Below, piece after piece: positions 24,445-33,698 of a DNA stretch of 64,000 nucleotides. The notes below the pieces were generated by a model. That model did no database searches, was not told the origin of the DNA, and saw only the letters and a list, made by a program, of their open reading frames with translations. The position numbers and the translations under genes were made by a program. Each line of letters begins with the position of its first letter. The first letter of the stretch is position 1. Source of the stretch: a virus; IMG/VR virus record IMGVR_UViG_3300024346_000008, positions 1 to 64,000 of that record; one strand, given 5' to 3'.

Positions 24445-24717
24445 ATGACCAAGATTGCTAAGACCGCCGCTGCTTCTGCTACCATCCGTAAGGCCGCCAC
24501 TCGTAAGGCACTCACCAAGGAGATTCGCGCTCTGGAACGCATCCGTGTCTCCATCGAAAAGGCCGCCGATGTGATTTCGGTGCACGGTGAGGATGTGACC
24601 GGCGATGCCGGAAACCAGATCGCTGACATGCTGTACAAGATGGGCGTGAGCGTGTCGGTGGTGAACGCAAGCATCAACGAAAAGGCGGGGTTCCTCGCCG
24701 CAACGTACATCAAGTAA
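24445..24717 (+). CDS. Ala/Lys-rich helical hypothetical protein
   Basis: AAGGA SD. Confidence 0.7.
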   Translation: MTKIAKTAAASATIRKAATRKALTKEIRALERIRVSIEKAADVISVHGEDVTGDAGNQIADMLYKMGVSVSVVNASINEKAGFLAATYIK

Positions 24718-24781
24718 CATCGTCGGCGGGTGGTATTATACGGAGTAGTGAATGCCGGTTGACCATCCGCTCGACAAATAC

Positions 24782-24854
24782 GCTCCGGTAGCTCAGTTGG
24801 TAGAGCAGTGGCCTTTTAAGCCATAGGTCGTGGGTTCGAGTCCCTCCCGGGGCA
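24782..24854 (+). tRNA. tRNA-Lys(TTT)
   Basis: cloverleaf; CT TTT AA. Confidence 0.9.
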
Positions 24855-24859
24855 CTGGC

Positions 24860-25280
24860 AGTTACCAATCTGCATTTAGCGCAACACCAGAATGCCATGC
24901 CCTAGTGGTGTGTATAACTGGACAAGCGGAATAATCAATAATTGGCGGGATGAGCAACCCCGATAAACGGCTCACACATATTTGGTTTAGTCAACGCGCT
25001 AGTGGATGGTAACATCCAAGTCACCTGCAAAGGTATTCCGTATTCCGACCTGAGATATAGCCAAAGCCGTACTATGATGGGCGGCTCAAGAATGCTTAGC
25101 TCTTGAAAGGTTACTCAGCAACGGCGTGTCCCATATAGTGGGCACGGACAACTAGACCACCAAACGGATCGCTTGCGAGGAACAACGGGTTAATCGCCGT
25201 CAAGTCTCGCCACCGGCAAGGTGCAAGAATGATAATCTTGAGCGTGAAGGCCCCTGCACCGCAATGGTCAGGAGCCGAGC
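24860..25280 (+). ncRNA. large (~420 nt) putative structured ncRNA downstream of tRNA-Lys
   Basis: no credible ORF; many helices and GNRA loops; terminator follows. Confidence 0.6.
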
Positions 25281-25311
25281 AATCCCCTCTATATTCCTAG
25301 AGGGGATTTTT
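25280..25311 (+). terminator. intrinsic terminator
   Basis: AATCCCCTCTA/TAGAGGGGATT followed by T run. Confidence 0.85.
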
Positions 25312-25431
25312 GCTGCCGCCGTGATAAAACATCCCGAAGAAACCCCGAAGATTGCCGAACATGAAGAAAACTTAATGAAGTATTTTCAGCTGGGCACTTC
25401 CATTCGGTCTATAATAGGGTTATTATTAAGT

Positions 25432-25635
25432 ATGCCCAATAACGATACGACTTCACGCATGATGACGGTTGCCGACCTTCGGGCCATCATCGCAGATCTT
25501 CCCGCCACCACGCAGTTGTGGGCGTACGACACGGCCCAGGGCACCTTCACGCCCGTCGAATTCCTCACGCATGACAAGCGGGCAAACGGCCTGAACTTCT
25601 GGATCAATACCGAAGAGAACCCGAACGGTTTGTAA
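25432..25635 (+). CDS. hypothetical protein (leaderless)
   Basis: MTVADLRAII.DLP motif. Confidence 0.65.
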   Translation: MPNNDTTSRMMTVADLRAIIADLPATTQLWAYDTAQGTFTPVEFLTHDKRANGLNFWINTEENPNGL

Positions 25636-25686
25636 CGATTTCAGTTTGCCACTTCCCTTTCGACCATTAATAGTGTATATTACAGT

Positions 25687-26004
25687 ATGATCAAAAACAC
25701 CAACAACAACAAACGAAACACCATGAGCATCGAAACGTATAACGGCTGGACCAACTACGAAACGTGGCGCATTCAGCTGGAAGTTATCGACGGCATGACG
25801 CTCGAAGATTTCGGCTTCGATTTGCACGAAGTCGATACGGACGATGTTGCCGATGTTGAACGGCTCGCCGGAACGCTCGAGATGTTCACCTGCGAGCTGA
25901 TCGAAGGACAGTCTAGTGGGTTTGCACTGGATCTCGCCCACAGTTTCCTCGCCCGAGTCGATTGGGCAGAGATCGCCGAACACCTTATTGCCGACGCACG
26001 GTAA
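25687..26004 (+). CDS. acidic hypothetical phage protein
   Basis: YNGWTNYETW...VDWAEIA pattern. Confidence 0.75.
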   Translation: MIKNTNNNKRNTMSIETYNGWTNYETWRIQLEVIDGMTLEDFGFDLHEVDTDDVADVERLAGTLEMFTCELIEGQSSGFALDLAHSFLARVDWAEIAEHLIADAR

Positions 26005-26014
26005 AGGAATCAAT

Positions 26015-26242
26015 ATGCTTTTCAATATGCTTTTAGTAGAACGCAAGTGCCCGTTTACTGGTACACTCAATACCATGCAGTTGCCGATGACTGCTGCTGA
26101 GTATAACCGTGCGTTTGCCAAATGGGAAGATGGTGCATTGATTCAGGTTGCTTTCCCGATGCTCAACGCCGAGCAGCGTGAGTTTGTCAAGACGGGCACA
26201 ACGCCTGAGATGTGGACTAAAATTTTTGGAGAGGATGAATAA
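26015..26242 (+). CDS. hypothetical phage protein
   Basis: LIQ.AFP.L.AEQREF.KTG pattern. Confidence 0.75.
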   Translation: MLFNMLLVERKCPFTGTLNTMQLPMTAAEYNRAFAKWEDGALIQVAFPMLNAEQREFVKTGTTPEMWTKIFGEDE

Positions 26243-26637
26243 ATGTATATTCTACTAGAGCTCATTGAAGGTGAACCAACGCAGTTGCAAGTTTTTCCTG
26301 CCGCATGGGTAGACGCAGCAAACGAAGCCTTCGACATGATTGCAGAGGAAAATCTTCTCACCGAACTGCATCCGGATGAGCTAAAAAACGAAATTGTCGG
26401 CACCTTGCGATTTGCTGGTGACGATGTATGCTCGGTTACCCTTTACTGGAAGGCTATCTAATGCAGTCACTGCGCAATGTACGCCTCACGGTTCGTTTTC
26501 TTTCTGGTCACATACTTGCCGGCATCGAACATACCAGCGAGATTGCCCATTGCTCGCCGAGTACGGTGCGTGACTTTCTTGCGCTCGTCGGTACCGTACG
26601 CAACGGCGTCGAATTTATTCGGGCAGAGGAATTCTAA
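26243..26637 (+). CDS. two small coupled ORFs (26243-26461; 26461-26637)
   Basis: GAGGA SD, TAATG overlap. Confidence 0.6.
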
Positions 26638-26821
26638 GATATTCCCTTCGGGGAATATGCCAGCTGCGTGATAAAACCCGATGATAAAACCGACCCGAAG
26701 GGCCCCCGAAGAGCGTGCGCCGGCGTTTGTAACGATTGTGTAACAATATCCAATTGTAACAGGCGTGTAACGGTGGTCGTTAGCCACTTCCCTTTGCCCT
26801 ATAATAAGGTTATTATTAAGT

Positions 26822-27040
26822 ATGATGAAAAACACGATGAAGTACTCAGAGAAGGTCCTGGTCGCCGCAGTCAAGAACTGCGCAGCACGTGCGCAGGACA
26901 GTTACAACGCCCTCGGCTCCGCCGACGCGTGTGATAACGATAACGAAGTCTGGGAGCGTTTCCTCGATGACGCCTGCAATATGGGCGCCCTGTCCAACGA
27001 TTGGGCCGCCGAGCTTACTCGCACCTACGGAGCAAACTAA
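26822..27040 (+). CDS. hypothetical protein (leaderless)
   Basis: ATG after TTCCCT promoter. Confidence 0.65.
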   Translation: MMKNTMKYSEKVLVAAVKNCAARAQDSYNALGSADACDNDNEVWERFLDDACNMGALSNDWAAELTRTYGAN

Positions 27041-27041
27041 T

Positions 27042-27749
27042 ATGATGTTTACCGATATGAATCCGAAGCTCATGAAGGGCCAAGCCTTTGGGTATCATTC
27101 TGCTGGACTGCACCTTGCTCCCGCCCGTATCAGCGGATATCAGGTCTGTGCCTCGGCGTCGACCGGATGCACGACGGCGTGCCTCTATACGTCGGGCAAA
27201 GGTGCAATGACTTATGTGCAGACGGCCCGTATTGCGAAGACGCAGCGGCTGTTCGAAGATGCCGATAACTTCCTGCGGGACATGGTGAAGGATATCGAAG
27301 CTACCGTGCGTAAGGCAGCACGTGCTCGACTGACTCCCGCTGTTCGTCTGAATCTGACCAGCGATGTGCGCTGGGAGAACATCGAAGTCGAAGTGCGTGG
27401 TGTCATGTATCCGAATCTGATGACTGCGTTTCCTACCGTGCAATTCTATGACTACACGAAGCATACGAATCGCAAGAACATTCCGGCTAACTATCACTTG
27501 ACTTTCAGCCGTAGCGAAAGCAACGATCATATGATTGCTGAAATGATCGAAAAAGGTTTTAATGTTGCCGTAGTGTTCGACACGAAGAAGGGTGCCGATC
27601 TTCCCGCAACGTGGAACGGCTATACCGTTATCGACGGCGATATCAGCGACCTGCGTTTCCTTGATCCGCGTGGCGTGATTGTCGGGTTGCGTGGGAAGGG
27701 CAAGGCCCGCAAGGGTGCCCATAACGGTTTCGTGATTTCCACGAAATAA
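27042..27749 (+). CDS. gp88-like Cys-motif protein (radical-SAM-like)
   Basis: C-x6-GC-x3-CL, VRLNLTSD, QFYDYTK, NYHLTFS, DGD.SDLRFLD. Confidence 0.75.
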   Translation: MMFTDMNPKLMKGQAFGYHSAGLHLAPARISGYQVCASASTGCTTACLYTSGKGAMTYVQTARIAKTQRLFEDADNFLRDMVKDIEATVRKAARARLTPAVRLNLTSDVRWENIEVEVRGVMYPNLMTAFPTVQFYDYTKHTNRKNIPANYHLTFSRSESNDHMIAEMIEKGFNVAVVFDTKKGADLPATWNGYTVIDGDISDLRFLDPRGVIVGLRGKGKARKGAHNGFVISTK

Positions 27750-27800
27750 TCGTTACAATTGGGCACTTGACAACGCCCTATTAATAGGTTATAATACAGT

Positions 27801-28667
27801 ATGATCAAAAACACCAAACAAAAGGAAAAAGACATGACCGTAGTTTTGAAGAAGCGTGGCCGTCCGAGCAAGGCCGATGTGGCAGCACGTAGTGTCAAGA
27901 GTGTGCCCGTCCGTCCAGACGCCGAGATCCTGACCGATCTTAAGGAACGGTTTAGTATTCTTTCGATTCTCACGAAGGGTGCCGTTGCGAAGAATGTTCG
28001 TGCGGTAACCGTCACGGGTGCCCCCGGCGTCGGCAAGTCCTATACCGTTGAGCAGATTCTTGGATCGGGCAATACGCCGCACGAGATTATCAAGGGTGCG
28101 ATCAGCGCGGTCAATCTGTACAAGACGGCCTACCGGATGCGCAAGGCTGGTTCGGTAATCGTCCTTGATGACGCCGACAGTCTCTTCAATGATGAAGATG
28201 CACTCAACATCTTGAAGGTGCTCTGCGATTCTTCCGAGACTCGCAAGGTGTCGTGGATGAAGGAAAGCAACGCACTCATCGCTGACGATGTTCCACAGTC
28301 GTTCGAATTCTGTGGTGCAATGATCTTTATTTCGAATCTTGACTTCCAGCGTTTCGTTGACGAAGGCAAGAACAAGTATGCGCAGCACTTCGAAGCACTG
28401 ATGTCTCGCAGTCTGTATCTTGATCTCCGTCTGCATTCCCGCAACGAGTTGGGTGTCTGGATCGAACACGTTGCGAGTGCTGGTAAAATCTTTGAACGGG
28501 AAGGACTGACGACTGCGCAGGGCAAGGCAGTGTTGTCGTTCCTGAAGAAGCACCGTGACGATCTGCGTGAGCTGTCGTTGCGTACGCTGTTGAAGGCAGC
28601 ACAGTTGGTCAAGACCAATACCAATTGGGAAAACATGGCACGAGTTCTTCTCCTGAAGACTCGATAA
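27801..28667 (+). CDS. AAA+ ATPase with N-terminal AT-hook
   Basis: GAPGVGKS, VIVLDD, FISN, ALMSR; KRGRPSK. Confidence 0.85.
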   Translation: MIKNTKQKEKDMTVVLKKRGRPSKADVAARSVKSVPVRPDAEILTDLKERFSILSILTKGAVAKNVRAVTVTGAPGVGKSYTVEQILGSGNTPHEIIKGAISAVNLYKTAYRMRKAGSVIVLDDADSLFNDEDALNILKVLCDSSETRKVSWMKESNALIADDVPQSFEFCGAMIFISNLDFQRFVDEGKNKYAQHFEALMSRSLYLDLRLHSRNELGVWIEHVASAGKIFEREGLTTAQGKAVLSFLKKHRDDLRELSLRTLLKAAQLVKTNTNWENMARVLLLKTR

Positions 28668-28691
28668 ACTCTAAACTAAAAGGAAACACAC

Positions 28692-29087
28692 ATGGAAAAC
28701 GCTATTAAGTATGTTGAACAGATGAATGCCTTTACTACCCTACTGCGCAAGGTACTGCTGAAGAATACTGATGCAGTCGATGTTCTTGCCGGCAGAAAGT
28801 TTGATCGCATCCTCATTGATGATTATACCGAATTTTTTGTAGACAAGCAGACGAGTATTATCTATGGTGCAAAGTCTCCCTTGCAGTATAATCCCCGCCG
28901 CAGTTATGGCACACTTGCTACCGTCGAGCAATTCGATTGGACCACGAACCTGCCGCTTGAAGGCACAGCAATGGAAGCCGAATATACTGCCCGTGAAGAT
29001 GCCATTCAGGCTGGATATAAGAAGCGTGGTCGTCCTCGTAAGGTTGTACATACACAGCCTACCTCTATTCCAAAGGAGAGTGTATAA
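28692..29087 (+). CDS. hypothetical protein with C-terminal AT-hook
   Basis: KKRGRPRK; GRKFDRI...FFVD similar to 21974 gene. Confidence 0.7.
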   Translation: MENAIKYVEQMNAFTTLLRKVLLKNTDAVDVLAGRKFDRILIDDYTEFFVDKQTSIIYGAKSPLQYNPRRSYGTLATVEQFDWTTNLPLEGTAMEAEYTAREDAIQAGYKKRGRPRKVVHTQPTSIPKESV

Positions 29088-29458
29088 TGGCCGGACCAGG
29101 CTGGATCAGTTTGAATAAGCGTCTTTCCCCAAAAACTTCTCCCATCCCTTCCACACACATGCACACTGACGAATACGCCACCCCAACTTTCACTGCTGCC
29201 TTGCCGCAGTCATTTGGAAATGATTTTAATTTGATTCGTGCCGTTGAAGAATATGGCCCACAGCGTGTGGAGTCTATCCGAAAGGAACTTGCGCAGATGA
29301 CTGATCGGATTACATTGCTCTCTAAGGAAATGGACACCCTGCAGCGGCTCATTGCCGTCACCAAGCCTAGTGATCAGGACATGGCGTGGGCAATGGCCGA
29401 AGGGCATCCAGATGCCTATACTAGCGATGACTTCCCTCGCGCGGTCTGGCCGGTGTAA
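29087..29458 (+). CDS. coiled-coil hypothetical protein
   Basis: AAGGAG SD; coupled ORF. Confidence 0.6.
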   Translation: MAGPGWISLNKRLSPKTSPIPSTHMHTDEYATPTFTAALPQSFGNDFNLIRAVEEYGPQRVESIRKELAQMTDRITLLSKEMDTLQRLIAVTKPSDQDMAWAMAEGHPDAYTSDDFPRAVWPV

Positions 29459-29647
29459 ACTACCGGCGGGGAATATGCCTCCCCGCCGTGATAAAACAGT
29501 GATAAAACCGACCCGAAGAAAACCCGAAGAGCGCCGCGATTGTAACAATTGTGTAACGATTTCAGGCGGCAACATGAAGAAAACTTAATCAAATATCTTT
29601 GGCTAGGCACTTCCCTTTGCCCTATAATAGGTTTATATTACAGTATA

Positions 29648-29990
29648 AGGTTAATGAGTCAGTTAACCGATGGTTGTTTGACAATCGAAGCAGGTTGGTC
29701 GCCCCGCAGGGTCGGGGCCGCAGGATCCGTAGGCGAATCGGAAATGTCACGCCAAGTACGCACTTGAGATGCGCACCACGCCTACTAGACGGCCGTCGGC
29801 ACATTATAGGATAGGAAACGATCACTTCAAGCTTCGACCTTCGGGCAACAGCTTAGTGACGTAGAGCCAGAGAGAGCCCCGAAACGCGCAGTACTGCGGG
29901 TGAGCATGTCAACGGACGGTATCTATCCTCAATGTTTCACACTATGCAAAAGTCATTCCGATTTTTGCTTTCACTCCTATTAGGAGCTTT
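29648..29990 (+). ncRNA. large (~330 nt) multi-pseudoknot ncRNA or regulatory leader
   Basis: starts at promoter 29611; several 7-bp long-range helices; terminator-like hairpin and SD hairpin at 3' end. Confidence 0.6.
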
Positions 29991-29993
29991 ACC

Positions 29994-31021
29994 ATGACGA
30001 AAAATCGTTATGTGGTTGTCACCGGATTTGCGAATCCGTTTTTTCAGTCCAACACTCGCATGCCGAGTGAACGCGTGCAGGACGCGTGGACGACCGATAA
30101 CCGCGCTGAAGCGGATCGGGTTGCAAACGCCCTCAACGGGCGGACCCTGAACCAGTGGATGCCCGTCTATCGGGTTGAAACGGTTTCCTCATTCATGGAG
30201 TAATATGATTACCCGCAACGATATTGGCAAGCAGTTTTTCTCTACCTGCATCGGCACTGGCTTTGGTCGCATCGTGACTCTCAATGCCATCGATACGGTC
30301 GGCGATGTACTGATGGCAAACGTGTTCGATGCAACCATGCCGAATCCGTCGAACATTCCTGGCTTGGGCTCGTATTGGCTCAACGCAAACAACCTTATGC
30401 CTGCACGGGGTTAACATGATTAAACGAATACGTGCCCGCAAGGCGTATTCATCCCTCGGGTTTTCCCGCTGGGGCATTTTCACGAACGTATTACACAAGC
30501 AGGATCGCAAGACGCTTGGTTGCTGGTACTTCAACGTGCACACTCCGTGGACGATCTTAGAAGTTATCGGCCAATAACACACACAGGAGATATTATGTAC
30601 GACGATAATTTCGGCCATTGGAACGACGGCGATGAAGATAACCGCCAGTTCTACCGGCAGGTGCAACGTGCTTCCGTATCGAAGCGTTGCAAGGGTTGTG
30701 GACGCACGGTGCGTATCATGCCGCAGTACGCCTACTGTAACGGTTGCGCCGACGCCATTGAACGTGGCGGCGAGTTTTAATCGTATACACCTGTTTTTCC
30801 TTTCCTCCCTATAGGTACTTACTATGACTAAATCAAACGAAACCAGCACTGCCACCTTCGCCACCCGTGGCGAAGCCCTTGTCTACCGCGACAGCATTGC
30901 GCTGTTGGCCACCATGCACCCCGCCCGTGGTCTGCGCACCTGCGGCCCGTGGGAGTCCGGCCTCCCTGGCACGCCAAACGCGTGGGCCGTCGCCGTCGCA
31001 TGGGACGGGCAACCGTTCTAG
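29994..31021 (+). CDS. five small ORFs (29994-30203, 30205-30414, 30416-30577, 30595-30780 Zn ribbon, 30824-31021)
   Basis: SDs, tight packing; CKGC...CNGC in the fourth. Confidence 0.65.
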
Positions 31022-31165
31022 TACGCCGGGGCGAGTGATAAAACATCTCAGCAATGAGATATACAGTGCTATACTACTGCGCTGTTAGTTTACATAATCA
31101 CTATTATACGCAGTCAGCGCAATGTAACAATATGGTAAATATCACATTTTTGCACTTGACAAGCG

Positions 31166-31174
31166 TTATCCACA
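31166..31174 (+). promoter_or_regulatory. consensus DnaA box
   Basis: TTATCCACA. Confidence 0.45.
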
Positions 31175-31812
31175 ACGGTGATAAAACATCTCAGCACTAA
31201 GACTCTCAGCACTAAAACATTAATTCGGAATATGCGATCTTCGGTATTTGTTCGGGTTATGAGTATATCGGTATATGGATATATGCTCTGCGCACTTCGG
31301 GATCTGTTCGGGTTATGAGTATATCGACATATACACATATCAATATATCTCTTTTCGGTATTTATTCGGAATGTATCAGCGTCGGCGCAGCAGATCACAT
31401 TACCATATTGACATATAGTAATGTGATAAAACGGGCCCCCCCCCCTAGCGTAGCGTAGCGTAACGCATTACGAGCAACGTCACGCAGAATCATTCACTTT
31501 CCCGGGCGTCCGGATAGAATGTCTGCGTGTGTAGTACAGCAAGTACATGATGCGTTGCTTACGTAAGTAGCGTAGCGTAACGTTGAGGAACGCATGATGA
31601 ACAAAATGAGGGTTGCAATGTACTAAAAACATAGGGCATCGCAGTCCGCTACGGGGGCAAGAGCGCTGTTACATAAAAAAGTTGGACCGAGGTATGAGAA
31701 CACTTGCGCAACCCCCTCTTGCGATCACGTTCTTACGTCATTATATATCATGTACTATAGTATCATGCTATTAATATCCTATCAGACTGTTATCATGGTG
31801 ATATCATAGTGA

Positions 31813-32035
31813 TTCACGATATTACATGGGTGTTTCAAGATACTGTAGGGGGTCTTCAAGATATTGGCGACTGCATTCAAGATACTAGATATACGATTCA
31901 AGATACTAACATCATCATTCAAGATATTAGCGTGATGGTTCAAGATATTAGGGATATCCTTCACGATAATACTCTTCACGATACTGTATAGGATGCTTCA
32001 AGATACTATATTCATCATATATCCTTCAAGATATT
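31813..32035. repeat. iteron-like array, TTCA(A/C)GATA(C/T)T x11
   Basis: first 8 copies at exact 21-bp period. Confidence 0.9.
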
Positions 32036-32693
32036 ATGTTTCCTCTATTTCCCGCAATTCATCGTCTGTTAATACCATATCGATGTCTGCTAACTGTATA
32101 TCTTCCGTATCATAGTAATCTGAAGTAACAATAGGAATTTGTTGATTCTTTGGTATCTTCTGTGGCTCTAGAAAACTTTTTTCAATATATATTTTGTTTA
32201 CCACGTTAGGACTACCGGTTGTTAAAAACATACAGTTATAACAATACAATGCTAAATTCGATAAACTATAGTTACTATGGTTGCCGTCCAAAAAGGTGAG
32301 CATTAATGGAACCTTCTTATCGGTGATCCTTCGTTCATTGAATCCGCAACTTGCACATTGCTCGACAATCTTCTTCCGTGCGATCAATCGATTCTTTAAT
32401 CGTGCCATACTATACTTCGGATGTTTGCCCGCAAGAATATCACGTAAGGGAATGGTCGATGCCCTCTTTGCCCATCCTTTATCTAATCCAATTCCTTCTT
32501 GATTACAATGACTATCAAACAGGTTATAAAGCATTGCATACTTACGATAACGTCTATAACTAACTTGCATATATCGTGCTGCCGCCTTATTGCTTCGGGT
32601 ATGCAATTGTGCTTCTTCTATCTCTGATCGTAGGATTGGACGTTTCGGTGGGGCACCAGTATTCTTTTTAAAGTTTGGATTCTCAATACTCAT
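32034..32693 (-). CDS. HNH-like Zn-binding protein, degenerate active site
   Basis: CASCG...DGNHSNYSLSNL..YCYNC; catalytic His absent. Confidence 0.7.
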   Translation of the reverse strand: MSIENPNFKKNTGAPPKRPILRSEIEEAQLHTRSNKAAARYMQVSYRRYRKYAMLYNLFDSHCNQEGIGLDKGWAKRASTIPLRDILAGKHPKYSMARLKNRLIARKKIVEQCASCGFNERRITDKKVPLMLTFLDGNHSNYSLSNLALYCYNCMFLTTGSPNVVNKIYIEKSFLEPQKIPKNQQIPIVTSDYYDTEDIQLADIDMVLTDDELREIEET

Positions 32694-32818
32694 ATATCCC
32701 CTTTGACTATTCTATAACATATATTATATATTGCCGCCGCAAAGAATGCCAGTAAGAGTATCATACTCATTACAACAATACCCATACCAAACATTGCGGT
32801 TGTGAAAAACGTTTTCAT

Positions 32819-33637
32819 TTATACCTTGCGATGGGTTGGCGTCCATACGGGAATGTTATCATAGACTTCACTGATTGAGAAGTCTTGGAAGTAAATAGGT
32901 GCCTGCTCGCGTAAGGTAAGTAACAGTAAGTCTGCCAAGCGACGAATCTCTGGTTCGGCGTGCTTATCGGATCGACTTTCGATAAACCATCTCCATGCCC
33001 GTAGGTTACCCGTGTACGTAATACGAGTCTCAAGCGCATGAGGAAGCAAATTGCGTGCCTTACCACGTGCCCATTTGCGAAGGTCAAAGCCTTCAAGCTT
33101 ATTCGGATTCATTTTCATTAACCATACCACATCACGTTCATATGCATCAAAGGCAGTTTCCAGTGAGGCAATGTGAGAGGCAAGTAGGTTTAGTTCGTCA
33201 AGATTAAAGTTATCAATTTCGCCGAAATCATCGAGCGCAGGATTAACCAAAAGTGATTCGTATTTTTCATATAGACTTGCGTAATAAGGTTCAAGGACCA
33301 CAGAGGCATCTTCTTCTGCGGTATATCGGGTAGACCGTTGTGACACGGCGAGTTGACGGTGGCGATTACTTTCTAATGAAAGTCCGCGAGTAATACCTTC
33401 AATGAATAATGTAAAGGTAATATGTTCAAGTACACTACCGTGCTGATGTTCAAGGATTGCCAATTGGTTTGCTTCATTTGCTCGTCCCTTGGCTCCAAAG
33501 CTATCATAACATCCCTTGGCGGCAAACGCACCAATCTTCGTGGCGTCATCGCCATCGGATGGAATAAGATATTCGGGGTGCTCAATAAATACTTGTTTAG
33601 CAACAACTGTAACTTTTGGCTGAGTAATAATCTTCAT
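32819..33637 (-). CDS. thyX: FAD-dependent thymidylate synthase
   Basis: HGSVLEH, RHR.LAVSQRSTRY, ARNLLP, NLRAW, HAEPEIR. Confidence 0.95.
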   Translation of the reverse strand: MKIITQPKVTVVAKQVFIEHPEYLIPSDGDDATKIGAFAAKGCYDSFGAKGRANEANQLAILEHQHGSVLEHITFTLFIEGITRGLSLESNRHRQLAVSQRSTRYTAEEDASVVLEPYYASLYEKYESLLVNPALDDFGEIDNFNLDELNLLASHIASLETAFDAYERDVVWLMKMNPNKLEGFDLRKWARGKARNLLPHALETRITYTGNLRAWRWFIESRSDKHAEPEIRRLADLLLLTLREQAPIYFQDFSISEVYDNIPVWTPTHRKV

Positions 33638-33698
33638 ATGTAACCTATTGATAATGGTAGATTCTGTAATATAACTATTGGAAACGATTTGTCAAGGG

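Larger units (their letters stand above)
16600..29640 (+). repeat. dispersed early-promoter cassettes (about 20 copies) with four repeated upstream boxes
   Basis: GTGATAAAAC; CCGAA-N6-CCGAAG; TTGTAACrATT; CATGAAGAAnATTTAAT; then TTGACN or TTCCCT-17-TAT(A/T)(T/A)T. Confidence 0.9.

Noticed and set aside
25453-28636. Long minus-strand ORFs in the GC-rich region
   Set aside because: Shadows of well-supported + strand genes, without promoters, SDs or motifs
31782-31991. Heptad-repeat peptides on both strands
   Set aside because: By-product of the 21-bp period; variation is non-synonymous and there is no clear SD
31813-32035. CRISPR or mini-CRISPR array
   Set aside because: Repeats (~11 nt) and spacers (~10 nt) are far too short; no cas genes
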